Part shown: one piece after another, positions 39,001 to 50,800 of the stretch | Layout: the number at the start of each line of letters is the position of its first letter | Numbering within the stretch: position 1 is the stretch's first letter | Origin: the human T2T-CHM13v2.0 reference genome, Homo sapiens | DNA: 64,000 nucleotides | Assembly (NCBI RefSeq): GCF_009914755.1 | Contig: NC_060946.1 | Reading direction: 5' to 3' (one strand) | Notes under the pieces: generated by a model | What the model saw: the letters and a program-made list of their open reading frames with translations, nothing else | The model's database searches: none | What the model was told of the DNA's origin: nothing | Made by a program: the position numbers and the translations under genes

Positions 39001-42000
39001 AACTTTCTGAGAAACTTCTTTGTGATGTGTGCTTTCATCTCACAGAGTTGGACCTTGTTTTCATTGAGCAGTTTGGCAACAAGTCATTTTGTAGAATCTG
39101 CAAAGGGATATTTGTGAGTGGTTTGAGGCCAATAGTGAAAAAGTAAATATCTTCACCTAAAACCTAGACAGAAGCATTTTGAGAAAACTCTTTGTGATGT
39201 TTGCATTCATCTCACTGAGTTGAACCTTTCTATTCATTAAGCAGTGTGGAATCATACTTTTTGTGCAACCTGCAAAGGAATATTTGTTTGCGGTTTGAGA
39301 CCTATGGTGAAAAAGTAATATCTTCACATAAAAACTAGACAGAAGCATTCTGAGAAACTAATTTTTTATGTGTGCATTGATCTCACAGAGTTGAACCTTT
39401 CTTTTGATGAGGCAGTTTGGAAACAGTTTTTTGTAGAGTCTGAAAAGGTATATTTTTTATCTCTTTGAGGCCTAAGGTGAAATAGGAAATATCCTCACAT
39501 AAAAACTAGACAGAAAATTTCTGAGAAACTTCTTTGTGACGTGGGCTTTCATCTCACAGATGTGAACCTTTATTTTGATTGAGCAGCTTGGAAAGAGTCT
39601 TTTGTAGTGTCTGAAGTGCGCTATTATTGAGTGGACTGAGGCCTATGGTGAAAAAGGAAATGGCTTCTCAAAAAAAGTATACAGAAGCATTCTGAGAGAC
39701 TTCTTTGTAATGTGCGCATTCATCTTACAGTGTTAAACCTTTCTTTTGATTGGGCTTTTTGGAAACACTCTTTTTGTAGCATCTGCAAGAGTATACTTCT
39801 GAGCCCATTGAGACCTATTTTGAAATATGAAATATCTTCACATAAAAATTAGATAGAAGGTTTCTAAGAAACTCCTTTGTGAAGTGTGCTTTCATCTCAT
39901 AGAGTTGAAACTTTCTTGTGATTAAGCAGTTTGAAAACACTCTTTTTGTAGATTCTGCAAGTGGATATTTGGAGCGCTTTGAGGCCCATGGTGAAAAAGG
40001 AAATATCTTCACATAAAAACTAAACAGAAGTTTTCTGAGAAAATTCTTTGTGATGTGTGCATTCATCACACACAGTTGAACCGTTCTTTTGATTGAGCAA
40101 TTTGGAAAAAGTCTTTTTGTAGAATCTGCAAATGGATATTTGGAGCACTTTGAGGCCTATGGTGAAAAATGAAACTTCTTCACATAAAACAAGACAAAAG
40201 CATTCTGAGAAACTTCTTTGTGATGTGTGACAAAATTTAGCCTTTCTTTTCATTGAGCAGTTTGCAAGCAGTCTTTTTGGAGAATCTGCAAAGGGATATT
40301 TCTGAGCCCTTTGAGGCCTATGGTGAAATAGGAAATATCTTTACATAAAAACTAGACAGAAGCTTTCTGAGAAACTTCTTTGTGATGCGTGCTTTCATCT
40401 CACAGAGTTGAACCTTTTTTTTGATGGAGCAGTTTGGATACAGTCATTTCATAGAATCTGAAAAGGGATATTTCTGAGTTCTTTGAGTCCTATAGTGAAA
40501 TAGGGATTATCTTCACATAATAACTAGACAGAAGCATTCTGAGAAACTTCCTTGTGGTGTGTCCTTTCATTTCACAAAATTGAACCTTTCCTTTGATTGA
40601 GCAGTTTGGAAACACTCTTTTTGTAGAACCTGTAAACAGATATTTGGAGCACTTTGAGGCATAAGGTGAAAAAGGAAGAATCTGCACACAAGAACTAGAT
40701 AGAAACTTTCTGAGAAACTTCTTCATGATGCGTGCTTTCATCTCACAGATTCAATCTTTTCTTTTCATTGAGTAGTTTGGGAACAAGTCATTTTGTAGAA
40801 TCTGCAAAGGTATATTTGTGAGCTGTTTGAGGCCTATGGTGAAAAACTAAATATCTTCACATAAAAACCAGACAGAAGCTTTTTGAGGTAACTCTTTGTG
40901 ATGTTTGCATTCATCTCAAAGAGTTGAACCTTTCTGTTCATTGAGGAGTTTGGAAACATTCTTTTTGTGCAAACTACAAAGTAATATTTCTGAGTGGTTT
41001 GAGGCCTATGGTGAAAAAGAAATAACTTCACATAAAAACTAGACACAAGCATTCTGAGAAACTTCTTTTTTATCTGTGCATTCACCTCACAGAGTTGGAC
41101 CTTTCTTTTCATTGAGCAGTTCATAAACAGTCTTTTTGTAGAATCTGCAAAGGGATATTTGTGATCCCATTGAGGCCTACAGTGAAATAGGAAATATCTT
41201 CACATAAATACTAGACAGAAGCTTTCTGAGAAACTTCTTTGTGATGTGTGCTTTCATCCTGCAGTGTTGAACCCTTCTGTTGATTGATCTCTTTGGAAAC
41301 AGTCTTTGGAAGAATCTACAAATGGATATTTGGAGAGCTTTGAGGCCTAGGTTTAAAAAGGAAATATATTCACATAAAAAGTAGAGAGAAGAATTTTGAG
41401 AAACTTCTTTGTGATGTGTGCTTTCATTTCACAGAGTTGAATCATTCTTTTGACTGAGCATCTTGGAAACAGTCTTTTTGTACAATCTGCAAAGGGATAT
41501 TTCTGAGCCATTTGAGACCTATGGTGAAAACGAAATATCTGCACATAAAAACTAGACAGAAGCATTCTGAGAAACTTCTTTGTGATGTGTCCATTCATGT
41601 CACAGAGTTGAACCTTACTTTTGTTTGAGCAGTTTGGAAACAGTCGTTTTGTAGAATCTGCAAAGGGATATTTGTGATCCCCTTATGGCCTGTGGTGAAA
41701 TACAAAATATCTTCACATAAAAACTAGACAGAAGATTTCTGAGAAACTTCTTTGTGATGTGTACCTTCATCTCACAGTGTTGAACCTTTCTTTTGATTGA
41801 GCAGTTTGGAAAGTCTTTTTGTAGAATCTGCAAATGGATATTTGGAGATATTTGAGGCCTGTGGTGAAAAAGGAAGTATCTTAACATAAAAATTAGACAG
41901 AAGATTTCTGAAAAACTTCTTTGTGATGTGTGAATTCATGTCACACAGTTGAAGCTTTCTTGTGATTGAGTAGTTTGGAAACAGTCTTTTTGTAGAATCT

Positions 42001-42222
42001 GCAAAGGGTTATTTATGAGCGGTTTGAGGCCTATGGTGAAAAAGGGAGTATCAGCAAATAAAAACTAGACAGAAACTTTCTGAGAAACTTATCTGTGATG
42101 TGTGCATTCATCTCGCAGAGTGGAAGTTTTCTTTGATTGAGCAGTTTGGAAACAGTCTTTTTGTAGAATCTGCAAAGGGATATATGTAGGTGGTTTGAGG
42201 TCTATAGTGAAAACGGAAATAT

Positions 42223-42260
42223 CTTCACATAAAAACTAACTGCTCAATGGGAAGAAATTT
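42223..42260. other. Alpha-satellite strand switch (inversion breakpoint at ~42238)
   Basis: Forward ...ggaaatatcttcacataaaaacta is joined directly to reverse-complement actgctcaatgggaagaaa...tcacaaaggagttactcagaaa. Confidence 0.95.
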
Positions 42261-45200
42261 TTACTTCTGTGTGATAAATGCAAACGTCACAAAGGAGTTA
42301 CTCAGAAAACTTCTTTCTACTTTTAATGTGAAGATATTTCCTTTTTCACCATATGCCTCAATGTGCTCGCAGATATCCCTTTGCAGATTCTACAAAAATA
42401 TGGTTTCCAAACTGCTCAATAAACAGAATGGTTCAACCCTGTGAGACAAATGTGCACATCACAAAGAAGTTTCTCAGAAAACTCCCTTCTCATTTTTATG
42501 TGAAGATATTTCCTTTTTGAACATAGGCCTCAACGCACTCCCAAATATACCTTTGCAGAATCTACAAAAAGACTGTTTCCAAACTGCTCAATCAAAAGAA
42601 AGTTTCAACTCTGTTAGATGAATGCACACATCAGAAAGTAGTTTCTCAGCAAGCTTCTCACAAGTTTTTATGTGAAGATATTTCCTTTTTCAACGTGGGT
42701 CTCAAAGCACTCAAAAAAATCCCTTTGCAGACTCTAGAATAACAGAGTTTACAAACTGCTCAATGAAAAGAAATGTTTACCTCTGTGAGATGAATATACA
42801 TATCTTAAAGCAGCTTCTCAGAATGCTTCTTTCTAGTTTTTATGTGAAGATATTTCCTTTTTCACCATAGGCCTCAACTTGCTCCTAAATATCCCTTTGC
42901 AGATTCTACATAAAGACTGTTTCCAAACTGCTCAATCAAAACAAATGTTAAACTCTATGAGATAAATGAACACATAACAAAATTTTCTCAGAAAACTTTT
43001 GTCTAGTTTTTATGTGAAGATATTTCCTTATTCACCATAGGCCTCAAAGTGCTACAAATATCCCTCTGCAGATTCTACAAAAAAAGACTGTTTGCAAACT
43101 GCTCAATCCAAAGAATGTTTCACCTCTTTGTGATGAATGCACACATCCAAAGAAATTTCTCAGAAACTTTCTTTATGGTTTTTCTGTGAAGATATTTCCT
43201 TTTTCAACATAGGCCTCAAAGACCTCACAAATATCCCTTTGCAGATTCTACAAAAAGACTGTTTCCAAACCGCTCAATAAAAAGAATTATTGAACACTGT
43301 GAGATGAATGCACACAGCTCAAAGAAGTTTCTCAGAATCCTCCAGTCTAGTTTTTATGTGAATATATTTCCTTTTTCATGATAGGCCTCAAAGTGCTCCA
43401 AATATCCTTTGCAGAATCTACAAAAAGACTGTTTCCAAACTGCTCAATAAAAACAAAGGTTCAACTCTGTGTGGTGAATGCACACATCACGAAGCAGTTT
43501 CTCAGAATGCTTCTGTCTAGTTTTTCACCATAAGCCTCAAAGTGCTCACAAATATCCCTTTGCAGCTTCTACAAAAATACTTCTTCCAAATTGCTCAATC
43601 AAAAGAAAGGTTCAAGTCTGTGAGATGTATTCACACCACAAAGAGGTTTCTCAGAAAGCTTCTCTCTAGTTTTTATGTGAAGATATTTCCTTTTTCACCA
43701 TAGGCCTCAAAGCATTTACAAATATCCCTTTGCAGATACTACAAAAAGACTCTACACATTGCTCAATCAAAAGAATGTTTCAACTCTGTAAGGCGAATAC
43801 TCACATCACCAGGATGTTTCTCAGAAAGCTTCTGTGTAGTTTTTATGTGAAGATATGTCCTTTTTCACCACACACCTCAAAGGGCTCACAAATATCCCTT
43901 TGCAGATCTTACAAGATTTTCCAATCTTCTCAATGAAAAGAAACAGACACATCTGGGAGATGAATGCACATATCACAAAGCAGTTTTTGAGAAACATTCT
44001 GTCTAGTTTTTATGTGAAGGTATCTCCTTTTCCACCACAGGATGCAAAGCACTCAAAATTGTCCCTTTGCAGATTCTACAAAAAGATTGTTTCCACACTG
44101 CTCATCAAAAGAAACGTTCAACTCTGTGAGATGAATGCACACGTCAAAAAGTAGTTTCTCAGAAAGCTTCTATTAAGTTTTTATGTGAATGTTTCCTTTT
44201 TCCCCATGAGCCTCAAGGTGCTCAAAAGTATCCACTTGAAGAATGTTTAAAAAGACTGTTTCCAAACTGCTCAATCGAAAGAAAGTTTGAACTACGTGAG
44301 ATGAATGCACACATCACAAATAAGTTTCTCAGAAACCTTCTTTATAGTTTTTCTGTGAAGATATTTCCTTTTTCACCATAGGCCTCAAAGCCCTCACAAA
44401 TATCTCTTTGCAGATTCTACAAAAAGACTGTTTCCAAACCGCTCAATAAAAAGAATTATTGAACTTTGTGAGATGAATGCACACATCTCAAAGAAGTTTC
44501 TCAGAAACTTTCAGTCTGGTTTTTATGTGAATATATTTCATTTTTCACCATAGGCCTCAAAGTGCTCCAAATATCCATTTGCAGAGTCCACAAAAAGACT
44601 GTTTCCAAGTGGCTCAATGGAAAGAAAGTTTCAACTCTGTGAGATGAATGCACACATCACTAAGAAGTTTTGCAGGAGGCTTCTGTCTAGTTTTTATATG
44701 AAGACATTTCCTTTTTCACCATAGGCCTCCATCTGCTCAAAAATATCCCTTAGCAGATTCTGCAAGAACAGAATTTCCAGACTGATCAAAGAAAACAAAC
44801 GTTTTTCTCTGTGAGATGAATGCACACATCACAAAACAGTTTCTCAGAAACCTTCTTTATACTTTTTATGTGATGATATTTCTTTTTTCTCCTTAGGACT
44901 CAAAGCACTCAAAAATATCCCTTTGCAGCTTCTACAAAAAGATTGTTTCCGAAGTGCTCAATCAAAGAATAGTTCAACTCCCTGTGATGAATGCATACAT
45001 CACAAAGAAGTTTCTCAGGAACCTTGTTTATAGTTTTTATGTGAAGATATTTCCTTTTCCACCACAGGCCTCAAAGTGCTCAGTAATATCCCTTTGTAGA
45101 TTCTGGAAAAAGACTGCTTCCCAACTGCTCAATCAAAAAAATGTTTGAACTCTGTGAGATGGATGCACACATCAAAAGAAGGTTTCTCAGAAATCTTCTG

Positions 45201-47800
45201 TCCATTTTTTATGTGAAGATATTTCCTTTTTCACCATAGCACTCCAAGTCATGACAAATATCCCTTGCAGTTTCTACAAAAAGACTGTTTCCAGACTATT
45301 CAATCAAAAGAATGGTTCAACTCTGTGAGATGATTGCACACATCACAAGGAAGCCACTAAGAAAGCTTCTGTCTAGTTTTTAAGTGAAGATGTTTCCTTT
45401 TTCACCATAGGCCTTAAAGCACTCACAAATATCCCTTTGCAGATTCTACAAGAACAGAGTTTCCAGACTGATCATAGAAAATAAACGTTTACCTCTCTGA
45501 GATCAATGCACACACCACAAAGCTGTTTCTAAGAAACCTTCTTTATACCTTTTATATGAATATATTTCCTCTTTCACCATTGGCCTCAAAGCTCTCATAA
45601 ATATCCCTTTGCAGCTTCCACAAACAGACGGTTTCCATACTGCTCAATCAAAAGTAAGTTTCAACTTTGTGAGATGAATGTCCACATCACAAAGAGGTTT
45701 CTCAGAAAGCCTCTCTCTAATTTTTATGTGAAGATATTTCCTTTTTCACCATAGGCTTCAAAGCACTCACAAATATCCCTTTGCAGACTCTACAAGAACA
45801 GTTTCCAGACAGATCAGAGAAAAGAAACGTTTACCTCTGTGAGATGAATGCCTACATCCCAAAACTGTTTCTGAGAAACCTTGTTTATACTTTTTAAGTG
45901 AATACATTTCCTTTTTCCCCATAGGCCTCAAAGCACTCATAAATATCCCTTTGCAGATTCTACAAAAAGAGTGTTTCCAAACTGTTCAATCAAAAGAATG
46001 GTTGAACTCCACGAGATGAATGCACACATCACAAAGAAGTTTCTTGGAAAGTTTCTGTCTAGTTTTTATGTGAAGATATTTCCTATTTCATCATGGGCCT
46101 CATAGCTCTCAAAAATATGCCTTTACAGATTCTACAAAAATACTGCTTCCAAATTGCTCAATCCAAAGAAAGTTTCAAATCTGTGAGATGAATGCACACA
46201 TCACAAGGAGGTTTCTCAGAAGGCTTCTCTCTAGTTTTCATCTGAAAATATTTCGTTTTTCACCATAGGCTTCCAAAGCATCACAAATATCCCTTTTCAG
46301 ATTCTACCAAAATACTGTATACAAACTGCCCAATCAAAAGAATATTTCAACTCTGAGAGATGAATTCTCGCATCTCCAAGAAGTTTCACAGAAAGCTTCC
46401 ATCTAGTTTTTATGTGAAGATACTTCCTTTTTCACCATAGACCTCAAAGTACTACAAATATTCCTTTGCAGATTTTACAAGAACATAATTTCCAATCTGT
46501 TCAATAAAAAGAAATGGTTACCTCTGTGAGATGAAAGCACAGATCACAAAGCAGTTTCTCAGAAATATTCCGTCTAGTTTTTATGTAAAAATAATTGCTT
46601 TTCCAACATAGGACACAAAACGCTAACTAAAAACCCTTTGGAAATTCTACAAAATACTGTTTCCAAAATGCTCATCAAAAGACAGGTTCACCTCTATGGG
46701 ATGAATGCACATATCAAAAAGATGATTCTCAAAAAACTTCTATCTCGTTTTTATGTGAAAGTGTTTCCTTTTTCACTATGGGCCTCAAAGTGCTCAAAAA
46801 TATCCCTTTGCAGATCCTAAAAAAAGACTGTTTCTAAACCGCTGAGTCAAAGGAATGGTTCAACTCTGTGAGATGAATGCACACATCATAAAGAAGTTTC
46901 TCACAAACCTTCCTTATAGTTTTTATGTGAAGATATTTTCTTTTAACCATAGGACTCAAAGCCCTCACAAATATCCCTTTGCAGATTCTACAAAAAGACG
47001 GTTTCCCAACTGCTCAATCAAAAGAATTGTTGAACTCTGTGAGGTGAATGCATACATCACAAAGCAGTTTCTCAGAAATCTTTAGTGTAGTTTTTATGTG
47101 AAGATACTTTCCCTTTCACCATAGGCCTCAAAGTGCTCAGAAATATCCCTTTACAAATTCCACAAAAAGATGTTTCCAAACTGCTCAATCAAAAGACAGT
47201 TTCAATTCTGTGAGATGAATGCACACATCACCAAGAAGTTTCTCAGTAGGCTTCTGTCTAGTTTTTATGTGAAGATAATTTCTTTTTCACCATAGGGCTC
47301 CAGGCACTCAAAAATGTCCCTTAGCACATTATACAAGAACAGAGTTTCCCAACTGATCAAAGAAAAGAATCGTTTACCTCTGAGAGATGAATGCAGACAT
47401 CACAAAACAGTTTCTCAGAAACCTTCTTTATAGTTTTCTGTGAAGATACCTCTTTTCCTGCATAGGCCTCAGAGTGCTCACAAATATCCGTTTGCAGATT
47501 CTTCAAAAAGACTGTTTCCAAACAGCTGAATTAAAAGAGAGGTTCAAATCTGTGAGACGAATGCACATATCACCAAGAAGTATCTCAGAAACTTTATTTA
47601 TACTTTGAATGTGAAGTTATTTCCTTTGTCACAATAGGCCTCACAGTGTTCAAAAATACCCCTTTTGAGATTGTACAAGAACAGAGTTTCCAGACTGATC
47701 GGAGAAAAGAAACACTTACCTCTGTGAAATGAATGCACACACCACAAGGTTGTTTTAACAAAACCTGCTTTATACTTCTTATGTGAAGATATGTCCTTTT
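42239..47800 (-). repeat. Alpha layer of mainly 172-bp-type monomers (ctcacaaatatccctttgcag / gactgtttccaa)
   Basis: Diagnostic cacaaatatccctttg, cagaaagcttc and the variant acaagaacagagtttccagactgatc. Confidence 0.75.
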
Positions 47801-50800
47801 CCACTACAGGATTCACAGCGCTCCAAATATCCAATGGCAGATTCTACAAAAAGAGTGTTTTAAAACTGCTCAACAAAAAGTAAGTTCAACTCTGTGAGAT
47901 GAATGCACACAACACAAAGAAGTTTCTCAGAATGCTTCTGTCTAGTTTTTATGTGAAGATATTTCCTTTTCCACCATAGGCTTCAAAGCACTCTAAATAT
48001 CCACTTGCAGATTCTACAAAAAGAGTGTTTCTAAACTGCTCAATCAAAAGAAAGGTTCAACTCTGTGAGCTGAAAGCACACATCACAAAGAAGTTTCTCA
48101 GAATGCTTCTATCTTGTTTTTATGTGATGATATTTCCTTTTCCACAATAGGCCACAAAGAGCTCCAAATATCCACTTGCAGATTCTACAAAAAGTGTGTT
48201 TCAACACTGCTCAATCAAAATAAAGGTTCAACTTTGTGAGTTGAATAGACACATCACAAAGAAGTTTCTCAGAATGCTTCTGGCTAGTTTTTATGTGAAG
48301 ATACATTCTTTTCCACCATATGCCTCAAAGTGATCCAAATATCCACTTGCAGATTCTACAAAAAGAGTGTTTCAAAACTGCTCAATGAAAAGAATGGTTC
48401 AACTCTGTGAGATGAATGCACACATCACAAAGAAGTTTCTCTGAATGCTTCTGTCTAGTTTTTATGTGCAGATATTTCCTTTTCCACTATAGGCCTCAAA
48501 GCTGTCCAAATACAAATTTGCAGATGGTACAAAAAGAATGTTTCCAACCTGCTCAATAAAAAGACATGTTCAACTCGATGAGTTGAATGCACACATCACA
48601 AAAAAAGTTTCTCAGAATGCTTCTGTCTAGTTTTTATGTGAAGATATTTCCTTTTCCACCATAGGCCTCAAAGGGCTCTAAATATCCAACTGCTGATTCT
48701 ACAAAAAGAGTGTTTCAAAACTGCTCAATCAAAAGAAATGTTCAACTCCATGAGGTGAATGTGCACATCACAAAGAAATATCTTAGAATTATTCTGTCTA
48801 GTTTTTATGTGAAGATATTTCCTTTTCTATCATGGCCATAAAGTGCTCCACATATCCACTTGAAGGTTCTACAAAAAGAGTGTTTCAAAACTGCTCAATG
48901 AAAAGAATGGTTCAACTCTGTGAGATGAATGCACACATCACAAAGAAGTTTCTCAGAATGCTTCTGTCTGGCTTAAGGCCACATAGCGCTCCAAATTGCA
49001 GGTTCTACAAAAGGAGTCTTTCAAAACTGCTCTATCAAAAGAAGGTTTCCATTCCGTGAGTTGAATGCACACATCCAAAGAAGTTTCTCAGAATGCTTCT
49101 GTCTACGATTTATGTGAAGATATTTCCTTTTCCACCATAGGCCTCAAAGCGCTCCAAAGATCCACTGGCAGATTTTACAAAAAGAGTGTTTCAAAACTGC
49201 TGAATCAAAAGAAAGGTTGAACTCTGTGAGTTGAATGCACACATCACAAAGAAGTTTCTCAGAATGCTTCTGTCTAATTTTTATGTGAAAATATTTCGTT
49301 TTCCACCATAGGCCTCAATGTGCTCCAAATATCCACTTGCAGATTCTACAAAAAGAGTGTTTCCAATCTTCTCAACCAAAAGAACGGTTCAACTCTGTGA
49401 GATGAAACCACATATCACAAAGAAGTTTCTCAGAAATTTCTGTCTAGTTTTTATGTGAGAATATTTCCTATTTCATCCATAGGCATCAATGGGCTGAGAA
49501 GTATCCCTTCACAGATTCTACAAGAGGACTGTTTCCAAGCTGCTCAATTGAAAGAAATGTTCAACTCTTTGTGATGAATGTGCATATCACAAATAAGTTT
49601 CTCAGAATGTTTCTGTCTAGTTTTTATGTGAAGGTATTTCGTTTTCCACTATAGGCCGTAAAGCGCTCCAAATATCCACTTGCAGATTCTACAAAAAGAC
49701 TGTTTCCAAACTACTCAATCAAAAGAAATGTTCAACTCTTTTATTTGAATGCACGCATCACAAAGAAGTTTCTCAGCATGCTTCTGTCTAGTTTTTATGT
49801 GAAGATATTTCCTTTTCCACCATAGGCCTCAAAGAGCTCCAAATATCCATTTGCAGATTCTACAAAAAGAGTGTTTCCAAACTGCTCAATCAAAGGAAAG
49901 TTACAACTCTGTGAGATGAAAGAACACATCATAAAGAAGTTTCTCAGAAAGCTTCTGTGTTGTTTTTATGTGAAGATATTTTCTGTTTCACCATAGTCCA
50001 GAAAGTGCTCAAAAATACCCTTTGCAGATTCTACACAAAGACTGTTTCCAAACTTCTGAACCAAAGGAAAGGTTCAACTCTGTGAGATGAAAGCACATAT
50101 CTCAAAGAAATTTCTCAGAAAGCTTCTGTCTGGTTTTTATGAGAAGATATTTCCTATTTCACCATAGGCCTGAATGGGCTGAGAAATATCCCTTTGCAGA
50201 TTCTACAAAAGGACTTTTTCCAAACTGCTCAATCCAAAGAAAGTTTCACCTCTTTGAGTTGAATGCATACATCACGAAGAAGTTTCTCAGAATGCTTCTG
50301 CCTAGTTTTTATGTGAAGATATTTCCTTTTTCACAATAGGCCTTAAACTGCTCTCAGATATCCCTCTGCAGATACTACAAAAAGACTGTCTCCAAACTGC
50401 TCCATCAAAATAAGGTTCAATACTGTGAGATGAAAGGATACATCTCAAAGAAGTTTATCAGAATACTTCTGTCTAGTTTTTATGTGAAGATATTTCTTTT
50501 TTGATATAGGCCTCCAACTTCTCAGAAATATCCCATTCCAGATTGTACAAAAAGACTGTATCCAAACTTCTCAATGAAAAGAAACTTTCAACTCTGTGTG
50601 ATGTATGCATGCATCAAAAAGAAGTTTCTCAGAAAGCTTCTGTTTATTTTTCATGTGAAGATAGTTCCTTTTTCACCACAAGCCTCAAAGTGCTCCAAAT
50701 ATCCATTTGCAGATTGTACAAAAAGACCGGTTCCAAACTGCTCAATCAAAAGAAAGTTTCAAATCTGTGACATGAAAGCATACATCACTAAGAAGTTTAT

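Larger units (their letters stand above)
31094..42238 (+). repeat. Monomeric/diverged alpha satellite (~171-172 bp), forward orientation, interrupted by L1
   Basis: Tandem copies of cattctgagaaacttctttgtgatgtgtgcattcatctcacagagttgaac...gaggcctatggtgaaaaaggaaatatcttcacataaaaactagacagaag. Monomers carry the pJalpha-type box ctatggtgaaaaaggaa. No TTCG-N4-A-N2-CGGG was seen. Confidence 0.97.
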
